Of a stretch of DNA of 64,000 bases, positions 1-14,000 are shown piece after piece. The translations under genes were made by a program, and so were the position numbers. The stretch spans positions 2,728,001 to 2,792,000 of the forward strand of contig CM102286.1 of NCBI GenBank assembly GCA_046563655.1, in the 5' to 3' direction. The notes under the pieces were generated by a model, which was not told the origin of the DNA, did no database searches, and saw only the letters and a program-made list of their open reading frames with translations. This DNA is from Yuukianura sp. NJ FZ-2021. Its lineage: Eukaryota. Position 1 is the stretch's first letter, and every line of letters starts with the position of its first letter.

Positions 1-3000
1 GCAAGACAAAGCTTTGTCAGAAAAAAAGAACATTTGAGCAAGAATTTCTTGAAAAAGTTTCATGTGTCAATTATTTTGAAAGAAATTGAAAAAAGCATCA
101 TTAGGTTATGAAAGAATTGAAGAATTTTTTTTTCTTTGAAAACAAAAACGCTGGAGAAAGTCACCCGCTGGACTTGTGAATTCTGAGCTTAACAATAGAC
201 TTAGTCTAAGGATCAATCCACAATACGCCCAGGAACGCAGTAACGGAGTGTTTCTCCGAAAACTGAAGATGAAAAATTAAGTTTCATCAAATATGGATTC
301 CAGCGAAGGAGGATGAAGGCGACTCAAGCTCATCCATCACTCAACTCTGATTTTTTTCTTCAGTGATCTTGTTGTCCTTCATCCGAAGAAAGTAGAAAGC
401 TCAGCAGAGACCAAACACAAAAGCCGCTTTTCAAAAACCTTAAGGAATAACAGTTTTTTAGCTACTTGGAGATTTGAAAGAAGATCTGCAAACAAATCCC
501 TTCTCTCCGGTGGTTTTTCGTGGCATTTGGCTTATGAATTTTCCATACATTGGAAATTGAAGCTCTTTTCTGGAATAAATCAAAGTGAGGGGTGTTTTGA
601 ACAGGAGAAAAGCAGTAGGGATAAGGATGCTTTTTAGACGTTTTACCGCGCAGAGATTTTCAAATGTTTCCCGGAAAGAAGAGTAATGGTGTGGTGGTAG
701 TGGTGGGGCAATCGACGGTGGTAGTGGAGCAAGGCGGGTTCGTTACGGGAACGGGAAGATCCAATAACTAGGAAGTTTCCGCATGAAACATGGAACCAAT
801 ATCCGAGAGCAAAGTCGGCCTTGTAGTTCCGTATGCCAAGAGTATGAAGGTTCCCAGTGGCTTGTTTCTACAGAAAAGAGAAAGTGTTGGCCATATCTCT
901 CTTTTCACACTCTCGAATTCACTTTCACTTTTTTAAATTTTCGAGAGCCAGCAGAATGTCCTTGGCTCGGAACAATTTCTTCTCTCCCGCCGAAAGACAC
1001 ACACAAGCTCTGTCTCCTTTTCCCGCTTGCCTGATTACTCGTTCTTATTTAAATCTTGGCGCTTTCTTTCTCTGTCGGATCAACCTACACACCCAATCAC
1101 GCCTCACTTCCTCCAAACATTTTATACCGTCACCAAGAAAATCTACCAAATAACTCAAAGGACCCGCATAAGCCCTAGACGCCTCTCTCCGAAACTTTGG
1201 AGCTTTCTTTTTTAAATTACCCACTAAATTTTTTCTCAAAGAGCTTAAAAATGAGTGCCAGCTTTCAGGAATTACAATTGGTGAGGTGAAACTCAGTCGG
1301 TTTTGTATTTAAAATGTACATGAAAAATTTCAAGAAAATACGACTAAATTATGAGAGGAGGCACATGAATTCTCACGTCACCCCAAAACTAAAATTTTTG
1401 CTTCCGGTGATGCCTAGTTGGAGGAAAAGTACAAGAAATAAGGAGAATAAAATAAATTCAAGTTCTTTGTGCATTTTTCAAAAAATTTTGCGTTCAGGAT
1501 GATGAGTTATGCTTAAAACGAAGTTGAAGGTTAGCTCCTACATAGTAAGTACGTTACTTTTAATGTGACTGCAGTGCAAACTTTCGCTCTAAAATTTTTT
1601 TCAGGTGAAAGTTTTACTTAAACTGAAGTTTCTGCAGGAACAGTACTAACAAGGCGCTGGACTTTTGTTCCAAAAATGATTCAAAAAAAGTATTGAAACT
1701 TAAAGAACGAGAATTCATTACAAATAAAATAGGTTTTGGTTTTTATCAAGAAACCAGAAGGGGGTAACTTGGCCTGTTAAATACGAAGACACAGAGTGAT
1801 TTGAAGTAGAAAATTAGAATTTGCTAGCTTTCTAGGACCCTCTTAGACCATTTCTTAGCAGACTTGAATAAAAGCTAGGTAAGGAGAAAGTGTTCTAACC
1901 AGATCGTATGTGTTCTAAAAGTCTTTCTGGTTTGTGTCCTAACGCAGCCCAAGACAAAGTTAGTCTTTTGTCAGCCATTCAATTCAATATGAACAAAACC
2001 CAAAGTTAGGCAGACGGAAGGAGGAAAGCGGGATTAAAAATTCAATTAACTCTCCTCATTCCCTGCTCTAGAAACTGCTCAGGAAGACAATTCTCTTGAA
2101 TTTCAAAATGTTCATCTCCATTATCTCCTTCACTTGAATTATACAAATAATAGAGTTTCAGTTTTAGAACCTCCTGAGACTCACAAAATTAGGAAATGAA
2201 AGTCAAACTTTCTCTTTTCAAAATCTTCAGAAACCTAAAACTGGAAATTCTTTTCAAGAGAATCTTATGGTTTCTAATCTTCTCAGAAACTCAAAAAACC
2301 TTAGCAAATCGAAAGCTAATGTATCCTTATGTGACAGTTTGCGACATTCCTAGAGGTTAAGCTGTCTGTTCTTTTGAAATTGAGAAAATTTTAGGGTGCA
2401 GTTGACATTAAAAGGAATGACAAGTAGATGGGTTCGTCGTTTTCATTTCGATGCAGAAACTTTCAAGTTGTCAAAAAAGCACTTGAAGAGTGAACATGAA
2501 TTTGGTGGAGTTTCGTGACATTTGACGCTAAAGTGTGCCAATTCTCATGCAATGAACTTTCACTTTTGACAAGGTTTGGAAATCGAAACCTAAGCTAAAA
2601 TTCTATGAAAAGTCATTTGGATTTCAAGTAAGGTCAAAAGTTGAATTTCTTTGTTAATGCAATTATAGTATTCTCAGGGTAGGCTGCTTCTTTTTAGCAA
2701 ATTTCAAAGTTTAGAATTCATTTCCATTGCAAAGTGAAGGAATGAGGTAATCAAAGTCTCAAGTCAGGAAAAGAAAAGTTCTTTTTTCGCTGCAATTTCA
2801 ATTCAAAGTGATCCTCATGCATTTTCAGTTCAGACTTAAGAAAGCCTTTTCTTGCCAAAGAGGGCTAGGAAAGTTAGGAATTGGGCGCATTATAACGCAG
2901 ACGCCAAAACTTTTGAAAAGAATTGCCTTTTCGAATTTGAAAAATGCCAAAAATGAACGGTGAAATGCTGTTATAATTTCCGTCTGGTTGTCAAAAATCA

Positions 3001-3379
3001 CATTTTTTTTTGTAATAGATTTGAATTTGGAGAAGTAATTTTGTTTGAAGTAGTTCGCTCAAGACTATACAATGTAACTGCAATAAAGTTGCGGCGTCTA
3101 TTTGCAAATCTCTTAAAACATCACGCAACCTTTGTTTGCCGTAACAATGGAGAAAAGGAAATCGTAGGTGCCGTTTTCATTCGAATTGTGTCAATATGAG
3201 ACGCTCATTGACAATTAAATTCAACTAGGAGAGCGCTTTTGTCTAGTTTCGAGTATAGAAAGAACTTGTTTTCAAACAAATGCTTGCCGTTGATGCACTT
3301 CAAAACGTTAGTCAATTATAGAGCAAAATCAGGATAGGTTAGGAAAGCAGGTAATCAATTTCCATACCTATCCTGTCTC

Positions 3380-3946
3380 TTGTTCAACCGAATGCACTTC
3401 ATGCAACAATTCACAACTTTCGCTGACCGTTACTACAAAAGTGAAACCGGCCAGGCTGCTGCTCATTTCCTGTTTGATGAAATCCAAAGATCAATAAATG
3501 CCAGTGCCTATTTTTTACCTACGTCCATCCTTAGCTTCTGGACACACAATGACATTTCCAAAGAATGGATCCAACCAAGTATAATTGTTGGACTTGAATG
3601 ATCCGACTCCACTTTGGCCACTGAAGGTGTCATTACCCGAGCCCATTTGGACTCAATTCACAAAGAAGATCGAAGAAGTTCTTCTCGCGGAGCCAATAAC
3701 AATGCCAGTGGTACTGGCGTTGTCATCAAACTTCTCCGAATTCTTCCGGAAGCCAATTTTTGTCCAAAGCTTTCTCTCCTACTGCAATGGTATGCTGCGG
3801 GGGAGGGGCTTCAGGGTTCGCAGCACATTGCCAGTATATAGTACACTGAAGGGGTCAAAACCGTGCTGATGGTGAACTTTGACATTGCTAGCTAGGAATC
3901 CAGAGTATCGCACTTGTTTCGGATGCAATTTACACAAATTCTTAGA
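3380..3946 (+). pseudogene. Decayed peptidase M28 leucyl aminopeptidase (Vibrio Ap1 / fungal Lap1 type) fragment
   Basis: One frame reads FTTFADRYYKSETGQAAAHFLF...WIQPSIIVGLE*SDSTLATEGVITRAHLDSIH...GANNNASGT...WYAAGEGLQGSQHIASI*YTEGVKTVLMVNFDIAS*. This matches the M28 motifs RYYKS, QPSII, GAHxDS, GADDxxSG, WYxAEExGLxGS and MLNFDM in order. In-frame stops at 3599, 3839 and 3893; similarity ends shortly before the MITE at 3948. Confidence 0.85.
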
Positions 3947-3947
3947 G

Positions 3948-4192
3948 CAAGGTCCCTTCACAACGAAAAGTTAATTTTCTTTAATAGGTTGAGTACTACC
4001 TCGCTTGTTGACAAAAAAAAAGAAAAACAAAAATTGGTACCAACTCCCAAAAATTAATGCCAATTTGTATGTAAAATTTAAAAAAAAATTGACTGTATTG
4101 TTAACACTACTATGGTCAGAAATGAAAAGTTGCAAAATAGAAATAAGAATATTACCCAACCTGTTAAAGAAAATCAAAGTCAACAAAGCTTG
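3948..4192 (+). mobile_element. hAT-like MITE, family 1 copy
   Basis: Starts CAAGGTCCCTTCACAAC and ends GTCAACAAAGCTTG. Has the subterminal inverted repeat TTTAATAGGTTGAGTA / TACCCAACCTGTTAAA. Colinear with the copies at 17534 and 18575. Confidence 0.8.
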
Positions 4193-7100
4193 GTTTTAGA
4201 GTGTGGTGGACGATGTTTCGATCAGTTTTCGTGACTAAATTTTGTACGGGAGGTATGCAAATTGATTACTTCCATTTTGCGTTAATTAATAATGAGAAAT
4301 TTTCAGAAATCGAGATGAAGTAGTTTTTTGAATGAAAAATGTTATACAACACCATTAATTTCACTAATCCATTAATATGTTGGAAGATAGATGAGAGTTT
4401 TACAATGGCTTCGGCTTTGTTTCAAGAATTTTGAAACTTTATCTTTTCAAAAATTTCAGGAAGTGAATTTCCAAAGAGATTCCTTTACTTTCAAGGAATA
4501 ATTTTTCCCTTTCATCCTTCCTCGGTAAAGGATTTCTCAAAGACTGGGATTCAGCAGCAGGTTGTCAAATTTTTACATTTCAAAGTAAATCTTCCAGTTT
4601 TTTAAATTCGGAAGAAAATTATCCCAGAAAAGCTCACTCTCAGAATGAAGTATAAATCCCACCATCCTATCAACTTTTCCTCCAGATTTTTTTTTCAATT
4701 TTGTATTAAAAAACTTTCACATGATGATCCTTTTACTCTTCTCTTTTGACAGGATTTTAGCATTTTAGGAGAAGAAAAACGTTTGAGGGATCTTCCATTG
4801 TTCCGTTTTTCATATCAAACCGGATAGAGCTAAAGCTGCAAACATGTTTTTTTTTGTATTTTCCCGCCATTTGAGAAAAGAACGCAGCACACGGTGATTC
4901 TCCAGAGTGAGGTTAAATGGGCTTCATTTATGGCAACGTCGATAAGTTCCTCATCCATTTTTCAGTATGATGCTCACTTCCAAAATTTGAAGACACCTCC
5001 ACGACGATGCCTTTGAAAGTATAGCATCGTGCAAAAAAATACAGCTGTGGTGGGAAAGCTTGTGCAAACAATTTCGCTCGTTTTCGTTCACGCTGAGACA
5101 TTAATTAGAGGTGTGAACTTTCTAACGCTCGGGAGTGGAGCGAGTGAAAGTAGAAAGTGTAGGAACTTAGGCTGGGTTTATTGCCCTAATCTTAAAAGAA
5201 AAACAACACACCGGCCTTGACGGGAGTAACTACGATTCTGTTTTCTCAGCATCGGAAAAAGCACTTTCCTTTTTTGCTAAAAGGCAATCTCAACTACAGC
5301 TACAAAAATGACATCAACATGAGAAAGCAAAATAGTGTAGCTGTATGTTTAAGGATGGGCGGATCATGTTAGCTTTGACCTTTGACCGAATACGACATTA
5401 CACGAGTTGCCGTTCAGAAGGCAACAAAAACAAAAAGAGGAGAAAACTATAAAAAGTCAGTTTAAGTTTCTATTTGATTGCTAAGGGACAATGACATTTT
5501 CAAAGAAAATTGGATCCTTAAAGCCGCCTCGAAAACACTCTTTTCCTGTCTTTATTGTGGGGACATAAACAGGAAGGGAAGGAAATTAAAGGAGGAGATT
5601 TCAGGTTTAGAAAATGCTAATAAAAGACACCGGAATAGGTAAATACTTTTTTAAATTGCAAGCTCAAACAAAAAAAGACTATCACATAACTACAGCGACA
5701 TTAGTAGTTAGTTTGTAGTAGAACTGATTAAGAGTAAATTAAAAATTATACTATGTATAAAAAATATATTACTGTCAAAACAGAAAATGAAAAACATGAG
5801 AGCTGATACGAGCGGAGTAAAATTTTTACAGCAAAACCAGTTTTTAGATAACTAAAATTGTAAGCCGCTTTTTAGTTCAGCCTTCGTTTGAAATTCCTCC
5901 AACAATACATATTATATGCTTTTCCATTTTTAAAGTTATGATTTTTAGTTTTCATTTTTTATTGTGTTAAACTTGAATGTTAGCTGGAATGAGATCAAAG
6001 TGTAATCACAATATCACAACTTTGAGTTCATAAAAACTTTTTAGTTCTGAACTTTTTTTTTTGAAAAGTGCTAATGAATTTAAATAAAAGTTTAAAAGTA
6101 GATTTTGTCTACTAACCAGGCCACGACAACTGTGCCATCTCAACCGCTCTACGAACCTCAACTTTAGTTTTCAAACTTTTTACTTTTTTTGTTAGAAATT
6201 CGTTTTTGGCATAACTGAAGTGAAAAATTTTTTTATTGGATAACTATGATGGAACGAACAGAATTTGGTGAAAGTTCACTTTTTCAGTTTTTCTCGCAAA
6301 AAAATGCCCAAATTAAATAAAATATCTCGCGGTTATATGTAAAATATTGACGCTAGAAAGTTTTTTCAGCTCAAAGGTTCAAACAATTTTTTCCAAGGAA
6401 TCACTGCTTTCCTTTAAAGCTTCAGTGTTGAAAGAGGAGCAAACGAAGACGTATGTATCAATTTAAAAAGAAAATTTTTTGAATGCGAATCACTAGCAGG
6501 TCTTTCTCTCTTGAGACTTTTTGAAAAAAAAAACATTGAAAAGAAGAAAGTTGAGGAAAACGAAACCAAGAAAGAAGCGTAGTAGAATCATTGGCCTTAG
6601 AAGTTCCGTATTTCAAAAAGAAAGTTTTTTTCAAAATGCGCTCTTTGGGCTTTTATATGCGTTCTGGCTCAACGCAAACTACGCTCATCCGCTTTTTCTT
6701 CTTTTTTTAAATATGCAGAGGCGCGGAAAGATTTTTGAAAAAAAAATGGTACAAATAAATCCTACTTTGCTGCTTTGCTCGTCGGGGTTTCATATTTTGA
6801 ACAACAAAAAAGAAGCTTTCACCTTATTCATAATATTTTTCATCATGCTAATGAGTTCCAATTCTTCATGCACATTCATGAGTTACTAAAAAAAAGTTGC
6901 AAAAGTGAAAAAAGTAAAAAAGTGAAAAAGAAAATATAGGCAGAATTTAAATTTTTTGAAAAAAAGAAGAAAACTTTTCCAGCGTTTCGCCCAGATCCTT
7001 ATGCTTACTGACTTCTTAAGGCTTTCTGACACCTTTATGCTTTTCTTTCTCTTCCCTGAGAGTATTACGGTTAAGGAAGAAAGTTGTGGCCTGAGAGACC

Positions 7101-7357
7101 TGGTATGAAAAGTTTTGAAACTTTTTTTTTGACAAAAAAAAATGAAAAAACGAAAACTTTTTTTTATTCATCTTGAGATGGAGAGGGAAACAAAAGAGAA
7201 AGTTTGTGAAATACTTCCAGTTTCAAAAGGAACTTTCACCAAGAGATGCCACTTTGTGCATAATTACATCCTCTCTAAACTATGTGGACGTGAATATACT
7301 AGTGCATGCGTATTACAACAAATATGAAATGTATTTGCTCCTGCTCCATTCATAGTA

Positions 7358-7599
7358 CAGACAACTTTCCAAGTTAGAAAAAGTGCAAAATACAAAACAA
7401 ATGGCAATTGGACCACAGAGGGGTTGGTCCAATCGCCATTGCAATATCGATCATTTGCCATTTCATATGTCATTTTGTCGGTTTACCGCCAAGTAAAGTT
7501 TATTATGTATATATCTGTGTATACGTGTAAGTTATTTTGTAGTCCTCAACTGCCATTTGTTTTGTATTTTGCACTTTTTCTAACCTGGAAAGTTGTCTG
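7358..7599. mobile_element. Tc1/mariner-type MITE
   Basis: About 53-bp terminal inverted repeats (CAGACAACTTTCCA[A/G]GTTAGAAAAAGTGCAAAATACAAAACAAATGGCA[A/G]TTG, 2 mismatches), flanked by TA on both sides (7356-7357, 7600-7601). No transposase. Confidence 0.88.
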
Positions 7600-10595
7600 T
7601 ACATATACGAATATGATCTGTGTTGCTTTTGCACTAACGCCTTAGCACAAACCACAAAATTTGATTTCCTGTAAACAAAATATTACTCAAAAAGCTCGGT
7701 CCTTTTTTGAAATTTTTTAGAAGAATTCTAAAGTTGATAACTAAAATTTGTTTTATTCGAAAGTTGGCAAAGGTCAAAGTTGTAACAGTTCAGCGCAAAA
7801 TTCTTGAAATATTTTTTAGTGGTGAACTGTAGACTATGAATTCACAAAATTGTTATTGCTGTGTGATGTGCATCTCCGATTAATTTTTTTTTTGAATTGA
7901 AAAAGAAACTATCAGACTTCATCATGTATAACGCAATGCGTTGAAAAATAAAAAATAAATCCCCAACTTCGATATTTACTCAATTTAATTGACAACGCGA
8001 AGTCAATAACACGTTTTTTTTCGTTGAGCACAATGACTTAAGTGTCCGCAAATTCGACAGAAATTGCGAAACAAAAAGTCCTTTTCAGATGAAAGAAAAG
8101 TGGTGGATAAGCTTCTTTTTTTGTTTGTCTTGCTCAATTTCTTTCCGGTTTGTTAAAAGCTTCCACTTTTTCTGTTCACTGCTTTTGATAAAGTAACTAA
8201 GGCAACTTCTGTTTAAGTTTTAGTCACAACTAAAAGAAAAACCTCTTAGGCTATTGTTCAAACTAGTCAAAGAGTTGCATGCCTTTTTCTTTTTCAAGCT
8301 TCACTAACTACTCCAACTATTTCGTAGATCGAAAACACGTTTTTTGAAAATGTGTTCAAAATATTTGTTGCGCGTGCAGCTAACACAAGTTTGATTTCTT
8401 TTTAAAAATAGACGCCACCAGAAGCTGAAAAATTTTCTAAATTGAAAAACAATTTGAGAAAATATTGAAAGCTGAAAATATTGGAAGTTGTTTTAAATCT
8501 TATTCCCTGAACTGGTTATGGTGTTGTTGAAATTTTCGAAAGTAGTTGTAAAAACCAGCTTCTACGTAACTTTAGTATCTGGGAAGTTTTTTTTTATCTG
8601 GGAAGAAATTTTTAAATTTTGCAAAGATTCGATTAAGCTGAAAAGGAGGTACTTAGTAGCTAAAAGGCGCGATTTGAAAACTTCGAAAACTTAATTTTTG
8701 TTATTAGATTTCTGCAAAACTAAAAAACTACGTTGGTGACCAAAAACATTAAAAGTCTGAAACCCTATTGCAAAAAAAATCTTTGCAAGCTAAAGTTTTG
8801 TCATTAGTTTGAAACAAGCTAAAAACTATTTTGTGTAAACATTACACAAACTCATTTTACTTTTGGAAGAGGAAAGAGGAATTTTAGGATAGGCGTCAGA
8901 GGTCAACTTAAGAAAACTTTAATTAATCCAATCCCTTAAAGTTTAACATAATTTGGGGGCCCTTAAGCTTTGTCCTGAACCGTTTGACTTCTTTTCTCAG
9001 AAAATTCTCCTCAGAGTCAAGATTTGTTGAGGAAATTTGAGCCAAGGGAGCCCTTTGACATAAAAATAATTAAAACCTTCGACCCGCTTTCTCCTTTCTT
9101 CTGGTGGTTGGACAGAACAGGGCAGGAATGCAACGAGGCGGACAGACAAAGCAGTCAACTGGATAACAAAAAAAGTCTAGTTTAACAAAAGACTAGGATA
9201 GTAATATATTCTTTTGTGAAATTTCTGGAGATGAGAGATCAGGACATCACGCGTCTTTAATCTAAGACCATTTCAATCTTCCAAAGTCAGAAAGTACAAA
9301 ACACGGATGTCAAGATGTTTGAGATTTTAAAAAAACATGTCCAATTTCAGCTGTCTGTTCCAGAGAAAGTTTCAAATGTGGCTCAAGAGCCGACAATTGT
9401 AACTTGACCAAATTTTATCAACTTTGAAACTTCCAATTTCAAAAGCATTACTTTTTAACTGAAGCGTACAAAAACCTGCGCACTTCTAAAATCACTTTTT
9501 GTTTATTTGCTGAATTGTGAGGGGAAAATAGTTTCATAAAAAAACCAAAAACCAAAATGATTGTTTTGCATCAGATTCAGAGTTCTCAGCTAAAAAGTTA
9601 TGTTTTCCCCTCCATACTTTTAGTTGTCACCAGGAAAAAAAATTCGAGTCTGCAGGTTTTCGTGCCCCTCACTGCAAATCTTTGTTCAAACCTTAACTTT
9701 TCATTTTATACTTTTTTGCTTTTGTTTAAAAACTTTTGTTATCTGAAGTCTTTTGAAGAGGTTTGGAGAAGTTTGTCAGTTGGAAGAAATAACTTCATCT
9801 TATAGTTTTCATCGGCTGTTGCGATTTGACCTCAAAGGGGACTACGAATTTCTGGAATTCCTTTGACTTTCACTTTTTTTTTAAAACCCAGACAGCTTTA
9901 TCTGGAGTTTGAAAAAATAAAAAAGTAAAAGTAAAATTCGTCTAAATTCTTCTGTTTATCTTGGAGTTCTTAAATATTCCTCAGCTATTTCCATGTTTGC
10001 TCTTCTTCTAGATTTTGCCAAGTGGAAACTTTAACTAAACCTAACCAAAAAAGTTATCCATTTGGAAACATGAAGAAAATTTCCACGTGAAAGTTCTTTT
10101 CTCCACTTTAGTTATTCTTTCTAAAAACTAAGTGGCGTGTTCACCGTAGCTTAAACGGGAGAAAGTGGAAAAAGCGACACATCATCGCTTATCGACTTGA
10201 TGGGATCATCAAAAGGGCAGTCATTTGTAAACTCATAATGAACCCTGTTAGGCCCGCAGTCACGAGCCCATTAGTGTCACCTCCTTCAGCACAGAAGTGG
10301 AAGTTAGGCTATCAGGTTAGCTTTGTTAGGTTAACTTGAGTACCATACAGATTAAGTTAGGTGTATAGAAAATGATAGGTTGGAATCAGAAACCATTAAG
10401 GCTTATAAAACCAATTTGACCTCCAGCGTTTTCGTTGCCGCAAGCAATTTTGTTTCGCCTTCTTCCGATATCGTTTTACATTGGTTTTTGCTACGGGGCT
10501 ATTCGAGACTTTGGGAAAACTAACTTTTAGGTTATCCGGGTGATTACTTTGGAGGAAAATGAAGTCAAGGGCTTTGTTTCTAGCCTGGATCATAC

Positions 10596-10755
10596 CTTTA
10601 ATAAAGTCCAAGCTCTCCTGGAGTCCGCGTGTGTCCGTGTCACAGTCATCCAGAATGTGGACTCCGAGTTCAATTCCAGGCAGGATTTGTCCATTTTCCT
10701 TTGCGTTGATGTAGTCTACTGTGTACAGCATTGTTTCCAACGCCTGGATTCCGCC
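10596..10755 (-). CDS. mtt: Class C GPCR (mangetout/mXR-like, mGluR family), coding exon 2
   Basis: Bounded by ttgcag| and |gtatg; encodes GGIQALETMLYTVDYINAKENGQILPGIELGVHILDDCDTDTRGLQESLDFIKG. Joins exon 1 in phase 0. GGIQALE and HILDDCD are typical of insect mXR/mtt. Further exons were not found in 1-10595 and probably lie left of the window. Confidence 0.85.
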
Positions 10756-10827
10756 CTGCAATATATCGTAAAAGTTCAGACTCCCGAAGCAGCAACTTGA
10801 CATAGAAACGGAGGAAAAAAAGTTTTG

Positions 10828-11068
10828 CAAGGTCCCTTGACAACCGAATTGTACTTCCTACCACAGGTTTTCCAATAACTCAGGGATTGCAAAAAAAAAA
10901 TTGCTTCAAATAACTGTTTTCCCCAGTTTTCCCTTAATTCCAATTGCTGACATGAAAATAATTACCACAGGAAAAAAGTTTTTCAAATTTTTTAACAAAA
11001 TGAAACACATCGAAAAATTGGACAACCTGGTGTAGAAAAAAACTTTTTTTTTTTGCTTACGAACCTTG
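10828..11068 (+). mobile_element. hAT-like MITE, family 1-related, with perfect 8-bp TSD
   Basis: Termini CAAGGTCCCTTGAC...GAACCTTG, flanked on both sides by AAGTTTTG (10820-10827 and 11069-11076). Confidence 0.85.
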
Positions 11069-14000
11069 AAGTTTTGGGAGGACAAAATGATAAACCGAAT
11101 TAGCCTACAATGCTCTCCATCTCCTGCGCCTTCCTAGGCTAAGATGGAAATCATAAATTCTGTCAAGGTTTTTGAAATATACTACAAGTAAGCCTGCTTC
11201 TACGCGAGTTAATCGATTAATACCAGTGGTTGATTTATATCAGTTAACAATGAAATTGAGCGTAGAGGCAAAGGTTGTCTGTGGTTGAAGTGGAGGCGGG
11301 TGGCGGATCAATTTCATTCGGTTTGATGCGGCTGACACGACGTGAAATTGGGGCTGAGGGCCCTCAGCCCAGCAGACGTGCCACAAACCAAACAGCACTG
11401 CAAGAATAATGTACGAAATAGACAGACTGTGACGTTTGATGAAGCGTGGAACGGAATTTTGTTGACAGGATTCATTAACACTACGGACTTGGAAGTGTGA
11501 GTTCAGGTGTGTTTGTGTACAACTTCATTTTTCCATAGTTAATGAATTCTAGAGTTCGAACCCCACAACTCATTTCAACAATTCAAAATTAAAAAAAAAC
11601 ACATTTCGAGGAAAAACAACTCCAAAAATGTATTTTTCAACGAAATGTATCTGACTTAATTTAGAAGCGTTTTCAGAAAAACATTTCAACACTGCAGGCT
11701 TCGCAGTTTTGAAATTAAACAAAAACAATTTGAAAGTAGCGCACTCCACTGCTGTTCAAAATTGAAATTGACCTGGCGTACATAACTCTGCTCTTAAACA
11801 AATTGTTTTTTATCTTCAAACATTATACTTTGTTCAACGCGAACATTTATTGCACCACAACAACTTTTTTTCTAAGATTTATTAGATTGAACCTTAAAAA
11901 CAAAAGTAGATAAAGACTTCAACGTCAAAAGCATAACAGTTTAGTCCAAAAAGTTAGAATTGTCATCGGATATGGACATGAAGCACGAATTCAGCGGGGG
12001 TTTGCAGAACAAGATTTCACTACAAAATGGCAGCAAATCTTAGAAAAAAAGGAGCAAGAAAACATAAATCTGCCTCCAAGTGGAGAATTATGTAGTTTTC
12101 TAGCTCTTTTATTTAGGTAATTACACATTCTGAACATGGAAAGAGAGATGGAGACGTGGGGTAAGGCTTCAGCTAGCGTTGAAAGTTGCTGTTAAGGGCT
12201 GCAAAAGTGACTCATTCAGCAGGTTTTGGATTCTAAGCACAACAGTCGCAATGCTGGAGCGTTTTGTGCCTGGCAAAAGAATTACGGCCCAACAATTTAA
12301 TCTTGGTGGCGGTTACTTTGTAGGGTGAAATGAAAAGTCGTGGCGGAAATCAATTACTTTTTCTCACAAAATGTTCTTTTGGTGTCACCATTTTAATCTT
12401 TTAATGGCACACAAAACAATTTCAAAAAGTCTTCATTTCCCTAAAGGAAAGCTACTGGGGCACAATTAAGATTTTTTGAAATTTTGAAGAAAAACAAAAC
12501 TTTCACCTTCGTTGTTTCCGTTTCATTGTTCTGCTTTGACGTTAACAGCATTGACAAAAAACTAACTTTCACCAAGGGTAGGCTGGGTGAGTAATAGTTA
12601 TAATTATTTATCCTTGTTTTGGAACGCATTTTTTTTCATATATTTATGATAAACTAAAACGTAGCTCTCTTGGCTTAAGCAACCCACTTTTGAATTTATT
12701 AAAATTTGAAGTTATGAGGAAAAAAATTGTCTAGCGAGTTCTACATTCAAAAAGGTGGGGCTAGTCAAAATGCTCAAAATAATTAAAAAGGAAGCAATTG
12801 TTTTCTAATCATAAAAGTTTTATGATGTAAAAGAAAGTTTCAAAAAAAGTTAATTTTTTTAAACTTTCTTTAACATCATAAGAACTTTAGACAAAAACTG
12901 ACTTTTGATTTTTTCTGTTGCCGATTATTTAGTTTTTAATAATGAAGTTGTTATCTTCATGTTTGTAAAGTTCATACATGTAGGATCTGGAGAAACAACA
13001 GGTAACTAAAATCTTTTATTTCCTTTTAGGTAGGTACACTTTAAATCAAATTTTCTTTCAACTTTGAAGCTTGTTTGTTCTAATTTGATTTACCGAAAGC
13101 CCCGCTTTTGAACTTTTTTAAATTGTGTCTTTTTGTTCATTTTTTTTTTGATTTTCTGTTGTAAATTGTTGGACAGATTGAAAGTCGATGGTTTTGATCT
13201 AATTTATGAACTTGACTCTGCAGTAAAGAGGGTAATACGAACAAAATGAAAATTGGATAGCAATAAGCGGAAAGTTGGTCAGAAGCCAAACTAGAAAAAA
13301 AAGTAAAGTAGACCAATAGGATTACGAGTTCAAGATGAGGATTGGATTTTTTAGAAGGAAAAGAATAAAAAAAAATGAAATCGCGGAACCGGTAAAACGT
13401 TCAAGTTCAATTTTGGGTTGAAAATTGTTAAAAAAACAAAGCCAAAAAATAAATACTTGAGGTACTGTTGCGTATAACAGGCCAAGTCCAAGTCTAAGAA
13501 AATCCAATTTCAAAATATGGCTTTCTACTTTATTAGAAACAAGGAGAAAGTTATATTTTTCAAAAACAAAAAATAAAAGTAAATGTCTCTAGAGAAATAT
13601 GTGAAACGGAGGGAAAAAAGGAAAAAGTAAATAAAATTCATTCATTTTTCTCACTTATGTTTTCTAGCCTAACGAGAAAGTCTGAGAGAGTGAGTTTACT
13701 TTTTCCTCTGTAAATAATTTCAGCACAAGGATTAAGTTCTTGAGGAGATTATAATCACAACTTCTTGTTTTCCTGTAATCAAAACTAAAGGCACACACAC
13801 GGATTCAGTTTCTACTAAAATGAAATACGTGTTAGCATTTTTTTTTGTAAGTCTGTAGGGCTTTAAGATTTCCAAAATCTAGTTTCCTCACTTCTATTTT
13901 TTAAGGGCTAGAAAAGTTTTAGTACACAGGAAATGTTGAACAGAGTTCAAAGTCTCTCTTTTTGTTGCCATTTCCTGTTCAATTCAGTTCCAAAAGTTTC

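Noticed and set aside
640..870. GC-richer segment with a good minus-strand acceptor (tttctgtag), a candidate next exon of the receptor gene
   Set aside because: The required phase-1 frame hits a stop and no frame resembles the expected flytrap sequence (GVVGAASS...).
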